The position numbers and the translations under genes were made by a program. A stretch of 56,708 nt of DNA, filler included, from Sphacelaria rigidula (taxonomy: Eukaryota), in NCBI GenBank assembly GCA_964200075.2. It is 7 parts of 7 records of this genome, joined end to end, with 100 filler letters (N's around TTAATTAATTAA, not from the genome) between each part and the next. Parts side by side here need not be neighbours in the genome. Positions count along the whole stretch, not along the records: positions 48,694 to 56,708 come from CAXNAA020012638.1; 6 more parts are not named here. One strand, 5' to 3'. Each line of letters opens with the position of its first letter. The first letter of the stretch is position 1. Shown here piece by piece: positions 49,982 to 56,708 of the stretch. Below the pieces are notes generated by a model. It was not told the origin of the DNA. It ran no database searches and saw only the letters and a program-made list of their open reading frames with translations.

Positions 49982-50142
49982 ATGGCTTGGAAAATAAAAC
50001 CTGCGAGGATCGTGGCTTGCATCGTCGTATCTCTACTGACACTGGGCGAGGTGAACGCATGCAGCTGTTTCCCACCTGATTTCTGCTTGCAAGTGACCGA
50101 GCAGAGCGACTTGCTAGTAAGAGCCACCATCATCTCCAGCAG
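49982..50142 (+). CDS. First exon of a secreted TIMP/NTR-domain-like protein
   Basis: MAWKIKPARIVACIVVSLLTLGEVNA|CSCFPPDFCLQVTEQSDLLVRATIISS: a signal peptide followed by CxC and a SD-hydrophobic-RA pattern like TIMP N-termini. Donor AG|GTGACG. Confidence 0.7.
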
Positions 50143-50503
50143 GTGACGCTGTGTTGAGTGTAGCGTGAGATACAACAGTGCAGCAGCGATATAATAACAC
50201 TTTGACTTGCAACTGCTGTTTGATGTTGTGATAATTGTCCAGTTTGTGTATGTGGGTGTAGGCATGATACCAACTTGGCCGCTCCAGACTGCAGGCGATA
50301 TGCATGCTGTCGCACACAACAGCTTCAATACAACACTACCACCACATAGTGGTACAGATCAAGTTCACATACACTACGAATACGAAGAGCACAGTAAGGT
50401 GAAAAAATTAGAGCCAGCGTGTACTCGTAGGCGCGTAGCTTAGGGAGGAGGATTTCACGCACGTGGACTAAAATCTACTTACGGTTGACATTCACAACTA
50501 TCG

Positions 50504-50590
50504 CTAACCCTAACCCTAACCCTAAACCCAACCCAAGGCACACAGTATCGAGAACCGTCGGGTAAGGAAGGTGCGTAGGGTTCCCTAAGT
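50504..50590 (+). repeat. Repeat headed by telomere-like (CTAACC)n; related copies at ~16361-16500 and (inverted) ~46780-46905
   Basis: CTAACCCTAACCCTAACCCTAAACCCAACCC is followed by ...CGAGAA.C.TCGGG.AAGG..GGT.C.TAG, shared among three contigs. Confidence 0.65.
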
Positions 50591-51199
50591 AAACTATGCT
50601 GTGGTAGACGCGCGTTCTGCCCACGATAGGTGCACACAGGACTGTCAGCGCCGCTGAAGATCCGATTGTATTTGTTATTAGCACTGAATTAAATAAAGTG
50701 AAGTCAACCATGAGTATATATTGTAGCCCAGCTATTGTAAGGGAAAATCTACTCTCTGCACTTCTGTCTGGTAGCGACACGAGGAAAATATATATTCTGC
50801 ACATGATCCTGTGTAACAGCGGCTGGTGCGCCCACATATACCGAAAGGTGTAGACCGGCGTCCAGAAAAAATGGGGCAACACACACAGATGATATATATT
50901 ACCCTGTGGCGCTCAAGGTTTTCGCCATAGACAGGAGGTGCTGCGCCCCAGCTTGTGCCAACAATATCCCGGGTCCGAAACGCTGGGAGCACCCAGAAGG
51001 ATTTTCTGGGCGCTTCAAGCATGTTTCGTCAGAAAGTCCGTTTAGACTTCTCTCTAGATGGTGTTTAACCCTCGGCTGCTGGAATTTGCTGCTCCGCGGG
51101 AGCACAAATCGGACCCGGCTGTTCCCAAGGTTAGGCTTATTCTGTAAACGGAGGTACCCAAGCTTCTCTCTAAAACTCGAAGCACTTGCCCGGTAAGCT

Positions 51200-51810
51200 C
51201 GCAGCATAAATGGGCAGCTTCGCCCGGCGCGAGTCAAGAATTGGTGCAAGCTTACGTAGTATCGGCTATAGGCCTGCTTCTTACGGTGCGAAAAAATCTC
51301 TCCGCGTATTTCGGCGGTTTAGCACCAATTTCCGCCGGAATACGCGGCTCAACGGATTGTGCAGGACCCGGAAACATTTGCCGCGATCTCCGAGACAAGT
51401 TTAGCGCACGTGTCCCCTCTTCTTGTATACCCAGGTTCACTGTTCGCTAGACAAGCGATTTCTCAAACGACGGGAACAAGCCCTCGAGTTCTCCTGAAAG
51501 ACACCATACACGCGTGCAAATCTCGGAGGAGCACGGCATTATTTGTGGTGAATTTTTAGGAATTGCTGGTCTGGCCAACAGTCAAATTGAACCACGAAAC
51601 AACGGGAAACTGAGCTAGGATCGCCTCGAAGCTTGCGGCAAATCTTTCCGGGGTGGTGAACTGCACCAAGGCGCGTATTCTGGCGAGAATCGGCGCTAAA
51701 TCGCCGAAATCGGTGAAGAGATTTTTTTCTCACCCACAAGAAGTAGGCCGATTCCTAAACCCAGTACCGTTTTTGACGTGCGCCGAGCGAGGCTGCCCAT
51801 TTTTGCTGCA
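51200..51810. mobile_element. Diverged foldback element, ~210-bp arms
   Basis: GCAGCATAAATGGGCAGC...CCGGAAACATTTGCCGC (51201-51385) is mirrored by GCGGCAAATCTTTCCGG...GCTGCCCATTTTTGCTGC (51635-51809). Confidence 0.75.
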
Positions 51811-52628
51811 AAAGTTCGAAGGGTCGGACGAATTCATGATTCGTCCGGAAATTCCGTGATTTCAGTGTCATTGATTCGTACCGTACGAATCAATCCGTGG
51901 GCTTTGTTTTCAGCGTTGCAACCCAGGCAAGTGGAATGGTGCAAAAATTGCGTGGAGATCTTTTTTGACCATCAGTCGATTTTTTTCTGTCTTTCGAGCA
52001 ATCAGGCCTCAACAATTGTGGATTCGGTGAGTCGAACCAGCGGTGATTCGTCCGAATAGTGAGAAGTTCAACAGTTGAAGTTGCTGAGTGTGACCGTACC
52101 TTACAATGAAGCGAAACTACTCTTGTTGTGTATACATCGTTTCTTTTCCGCTCTATCCTACACTACACTTTCAGTCCACTCCCCCCTCCTCGGCACGAGC
52201 CTGCAGTCTTGAGGGATCGACTCGTCACTCCCCAGGTTGTATCCGTACTTCCGTATCGTGTCGACTCTCGTCGATCTCGTTTCGATACTCGCGTCGTCAT
52301 TGCTTCAACGACGGAACCGAAATCCTGCTGCAAAAAAATATCCACTTTCCTACGTGCAGTCCAAGCCAAGGCCATTTCTTACGGCACTTCTTTTTCTTTT
52401 TCTTTTCTGCGATATTTCCGTTTTGGGGACAGTTGACACAGCTTTTGGATCCCAAACGGGGAGTATCACCACCACGTCTCTTGGACACTTTGCTTGCATC
52501 ACCTGACTGAGAGGAGTCTAACCCACTTGTTCGATTCACTTGCCTCCGAGGTTCCGAGATGACCTCCCAACGACAATCCAGCTGGACACGAAAACAATTA
52601 CATTGCTTGTAGTGGTGTTTCAATATTT

Positions 52629-52940
52629 CATACCGTGGACAATATAGGGTCAATAGTTGCAACAGACAAGAAACGTACTGCATACAGTATGGGCCTATTG
52701 CGACTATTGTCGGCAAACTGTGAGTACAATGTGAAAAAATTGCACACCTTGGACAATATATGGTCAATAGTTGCAATAGACGAGAAGTGTACTGCATAAC
52801 GTACAGGCCTATTGCAACTATTGTCGGCCGACAATAGTCGCAATAGGCCCATACTCTATGCAGTACGTTTCTTGTCTGTTGCAACTATTGACCATATATT
52901 GTCCAAGGTGTGCAATTTTTTCACACTGTACTCACAGCTT
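52629..52940. repeat. Tandem-plus-inverted triplication of a MITE half
   Basis: A unit at 52629-52742 is repeated from 52743, then mirrored about GTCGG|CCGAC (52823-52832) out to ~52940. Confidence 0.85.
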
Positions 52941-53197
52941 TCCATATCCAGTTGGAGTTTCACTTGGAGGTCATCCTCAAAACCTCGGACCGAAGCGAAT
53001 CGGAGAAGTGGGCTAGGTAGATTCCTCTCAGTGAGGTGATGCGAAGTGTCCAGGACGCGTGGTGACGATATTCTTCCCTGTTTGGAAGCCAAAAATAGTG
53101 CCAAGCGTTCCCAAACCGAAAAAGCATAGCAAAACAAATCCAAGTACGCGTCAGATGAAGCAACTCACCGCACCTCGAGTTCAGTCATTGTCTCATG

Positions 53198-53460
53198 ACT
53201 CAGCGTTGAGTAATGCGGTATACAGCGTTAAGTAATGCGGTATAACTCAATGGTGGCTGTTTCACCTGGCTGAGGTGTACGGTGTAACTTAGCGGTTCCA
53301 TTTTCCACCGGAGCCATACGGTAATACTCAGCGGTACGTATTTTCACCGTTCGAGTTGCAATTTAACTCAGCGATACCATTTTTCACTGGCTGCGTTATA
53401 CGATATCAGTCAGAGCTACCTTGTTCGGTTGCTTGAGTTATGCCACATAACTGAGTTAGC
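53198..53460. repeat. Degenerate minisatellite (ACTCAGCG...TTTTCAC units)
   Basis: Recurring (A)ACTCAGCG and TTTCAC motifs at ~40-bp spacing. Confidence 0.55.
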
Positions 53461-53659
53461 TCGTGAGCTGCACAGGGTGTGAATGGTTTTGTCTGCATGG
53501 GACAGGTATTGAAAACTGTACCAGCTGAAGGCTTGGGGTTTGTAGAAACGAGTAAGATGGCCCTCGGTGGGTGTCAAGGAGATCGGGGGATAGTTGGGGT
53601 TCTGGGGGTGGTATTTTCGAGGTGGCGACGGGGGGCAGGGGTGATATCGAGCGTGATGA

Positions 53660-53811
53660 GGGCGTTAAGAGCCCTTATCAACGGGCTTTATTTTTCATCC
53701 ATTTTCATGTTTTTTTATCCGTTCCATGTATTTTCATCCACACCATATAGTGGATGAAAATGCATGGAAGCATGAAGAGTAAAACCCGTTAATACCAGTC
53801 CTTAGTGTCCC
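53660..53811. repeat. Short imperfect hairpin element
   Basis: TTCCATGTATTTTCATCCAC / GTGGATGAAAATGCATGGAA core with outer AACGGG / CCCGTT arms. Confidence 0.65.
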
Positions 53812-54057
53812 GTCGTGGGAGGATGGACAAGGCATGAATAACGAAGAATATCACGCCAGCAACCACCTAGGGAACGACAGCGGTACTGTCAGCAAGCAAG
53901 ATGTACGCGCAGACACCGTTGCTTCCGCCTCGCTCCCAGACGCCATCGCCACGTTTAGTCTTGCCGAAGCCAGGGGAGAAAGGGAAGAGGGGGCAAGGTC
54001 AGCGGTGTGGGTGGGTGTTCATTCACGTATTGCAGAATGGGCAATGGGTAAAGTATG

Positions 54058-54202
54058 CACACCCTGGATCATGACCATGTCTTTACATTGTCAAAAAGTG
54101 CACTGCGTACAGTATTGACTATTGCGTCTGTTGCAATAGACAATTGATTCCATACTGTGCGCAGTACACTTTTTGACAATGTAATCTATGGTTCAGGATG
54201 TG
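54058..54202. mobile_element. Palindromic MITE, same family as 44626-44763
   Basis: CACACCCTGGA...GTCAAAAAGTG.ACTGCGTACAGTAT...ATACTGTGCGCAGTACACTTTTTGAC...TCAGGATGTG. Confidence 0.85.
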
Positions 54203-54949
54203 AAAACAAGTAGTCTGAGCTGGTTGTGTGTGTGTTGAGGGGCGTGTAGTAGTCAGCATCAGAAGTCTTCAGGATTCGTAGTTGTTGTAGTTTTTGAGTT
54301 TTTCTCGAGTACTATTCTTCATTACTACTTGTAAGTGCTAGCGCCGGTAGATTTAGGGGAAAAGCGTAAGCGCGCTCAAACGACAGTGCCCAAGTTGGTG
54401 TTTTTGGGGCGACACGGACTAGATACCCCGTTCATCAGGAGGGTGCTCTTGGCCGTTTTTGGTGCAACAAAAACACTTTTTCGGCTCTCTCGCAACAAAA
54501 CGGTAAATATTCAGATGAATGAATATGTAAACAATTCTTCACAATAACGATCGAGATCGTGTTTCCCTCCAATACTGCACAGACCTCAGTCTAGCGTTTT
54601 CTGCGGATGGTCTCTTTTCGCTTCTTTTTCGCAAAATGTTTCCATAAGCACTCGAAAGTGCTAGCGTCGAAATTTTTGGCAAAATGAGCAGACCGTGCTC
54701 AAATCATGATGCCCAAATTGGTGTTGTGGGGGCAATGTTGAGTAACGACCCCGTTTATCAGGGGGGTGTTATTGACCGTGAATGGTCCAAGGAACATAGT
54801 TTTCCGGCTTTAGCGGAGTGGATAGGTGAAATTACGAAGTCTGCATACTTCTGACGCTGACTACTGTAGGTGGTAAATAAGAGTATACCCTCGAAGCACA
54901 ATACTTCGGGCGATATAGTCGGTACAATCATCAACCTTTGTAGGATCAC

Positions 54950-55020
54950 CTGTGCTGTGCTATGCTGTGCTGTGCTGTGCTGTGCTGTGCTGTGCTGTAC
55001 TGTACCATGTACTGTGTTGT
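54950..55020. repeat. (CTGTG)n microsatellite
   Basis: Pentanucleotide run just upstream of an acceptor-like AAACAG. Confidence 0.9.
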
Positions 55021-55341
55021 GCCCGCAAACAGGTCAATTGTACAGGCAGTATCAAGTACGCCGAGACCACCTCAGTGAGACCGATTTTGTTTGTTTTACT
55101 GAACCAGTTTACGAACAATTCTATGCCCGCGACGACCATTTTGATTCATATCGAAAGCCCTCTTCTTTGACCAAGATCGAAGACGACGTTTTTTGTCGCG
55201 GTCTCCCGGCCAACATCTCTGTACTAGTACAAGGAGACCCGAGAAGAAAGCGCGGCACCTGTACATCGGTCCCCCGGGAAACACCCGTAGACAGCCTCCA
55301 CACGCGAGCATTAGCCCTAGCGCTAGCCCTTACTCGTCTAG

Positions 55342-55598
55342 GACACTTTCTACGATACCCCCCCCCCGCCCCCCCAAAAACCAGCCCAAAACTGTCACGT
55401 TAAAATGGTCATACAGCGCTTGATATTTGGGTTCAGGCTGCATGAAGCGCGTCATATGGACGGCATTAGCGAAAACGAACCCAAGCGTGGGAATTCCCAG
55501 CTGCTCGTTGTGCTCGGCTTTTTCCATTTCGACTTACGTGGACATTTTGCCTCCCCAAACTAGCCACTTTTTTGGAAGGGGCTATCGTAAAAAATGTC
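55342..55598. mobile_element. 257-bp GAC...GTC MITE with 4-bp TSD CTAG
   Basis: CTAG-GACACTTTCTACGATA...GCTATCGTAAAAAATGTC-CTAG; the internal sequence is an inverted homolog of 27257-27503. Confidence 0.9.
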
Positions 55599-56560
55599 CT
55601 AGGCGCAGCAGTCTTTTTTTCGACATACATCCGTCCAATCTTGAAGGAAGGGGTGGCGATTTGTGTGTTACTTTATTTACGCCCGCAATATGCCGTTGCT
55701 GACCCTTCGTGTAGGTGTTTGGCGGGCGTCTGATAGTCATGCCACGGTGGAGGGTGCGTAATTTTCCCCTCAGATTTTTATTGTTACGGCCCCTTCATCT
55801 AATCCAGAAACAACGTTTGAAATATATGCGAGCATGCCACGTTCAGCATCCCGAAGGAACTAAGGATACGTCGAACGGATTTTCAAACGGGAGCGTCCTG
55901 ACCCATATTCTTGTCTAGCTCCTGACCCTGGGAGCACTTCAATGAGGAACGTCTGGGCCCAAATGTGCAACCGCTACCGTACCGTGGTATGACTTCTGGC
56001 ACACCGTATGGTTTCTTCGGGGTTTTTTTTCAAACTTTCTCGATCGAAGGCGGGAAGGAAGCTCAGCTGATCAATAACGGCGACTGGAGCTAAAATAAAT
56101 TATTTTGTCCAGCGGGGGGCAGCTCCGCTTTCATGTTCACGCGTGGTCGTGTTGGGTTATGTACCGCTCCTTTACATGCGCCCCAGCGGTTGGTGCATCC
56201 GTGTACCCTTCGATAAAGCTCTTGTTTTTCCCTGTGCAAACCTGTTCTATTTTTTGCAGATCTTGTTGACGGGGTGGCGTAAAAAAACGAGCAGCTTCCG
56301 TGTGAAGGGGTTTGTTGTCGGGAGAAAACACGGCGAGTGGTTTCCACGGTAGGGGTGCGCGTTTTTTTCTGAGGCTCTGCACTTTTGGAGTCTGGCGATG
56401 ACAAACATCTGCGCCTTAGTGCGCAACCTCGGAAAAGTTTCGGACTAAGCAGTGCACCCGTACCGTAGAATGACTCCGGCCTGAACTCCGACCTGCTTCC
56501 CGCTGGTTGTCGAGCAAGGAGGGAAGTGCAGAGTATCGGAAGAGGCAAGCATGCACCGGT

Positions 56561-56708
56561 GACTGTTGCCGAGATAGCCCCCTCCCGAAGCGGCCAAAAT
56601 AGTGCACGGAGGCGATGATAATAAATTCCGTTAGAGCTGGTTTCGCGCTGCACGACGCGACTCGTTTGGGCGTTATACCTGATTTCGGACTGCTACACGC
56701 CTCTCATG
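56561..56708 (+). mobile_element. Left part of the MITE family at 26790-27039, cut by the contig end
   Basis: GACTGTTGCCGAGATAGCCCCC...GTGCACGGAGGCGATGAT...TGATTTCGGACTGCTAC. Confidence 0.88.

Noticed and set aside
50504..50533. Possible telomere
   Set aside because: Only about four units, internal to the contig and attached to a dispersed repeat.
55033..55260. Candidate second exon of the TIMP-like gene
   Set aside because: In the required phase it gives no NTR-like sequence, so linkage is unsupported.

Overview
This is not one locus. It is seven unrelated contigs of 8,015-8,016 bp (1-8016, 8117-16132, 16233-24248, 24349-32363, 32464-40478, 40579-48593, 48694-56708) joined by artificial N44-TTAATTAATTAA-N44 linkers. 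The DNA is eukaryotic, repeat-rich and intron-rich. The short GT-AG exons, C/A-rich acceptor regions and retroelement types suggest a brown alga or related stramenopile (inference). The one confidently identified host gene is diphthine methyl ester synthase (DPH5), with four minus-strand exons at 8369-10107. There is also a long Gln-rich terminal exon (1567-2730) and the first exon of a secreted TIMP/NTR-like protein whose predicted mature N-terminus is Cys-Ser-Cys (49982-50142). The rest is mostly mobile DNA: a degenerate Ty1/copia, an internally deleted Ty3/gypsy, three LINE RT fragments and a tRNA-derived SINE. Several non-autonomous DNA-transposon families also occur: GAC...GTC MITEs with 4-bp TSDs, TTAA-flanked piggyBac-like MITEs, an 8-bp-TSD palindromic MITE, a TIR element filled with an 85-bp satellite, and long foldbacks. 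I found no CRISPR array, rRNA, intact tRNA or prokaryotic-type system. The best leads are the TIMP-like gene and the unclassified MITE/TIR-satellite families.
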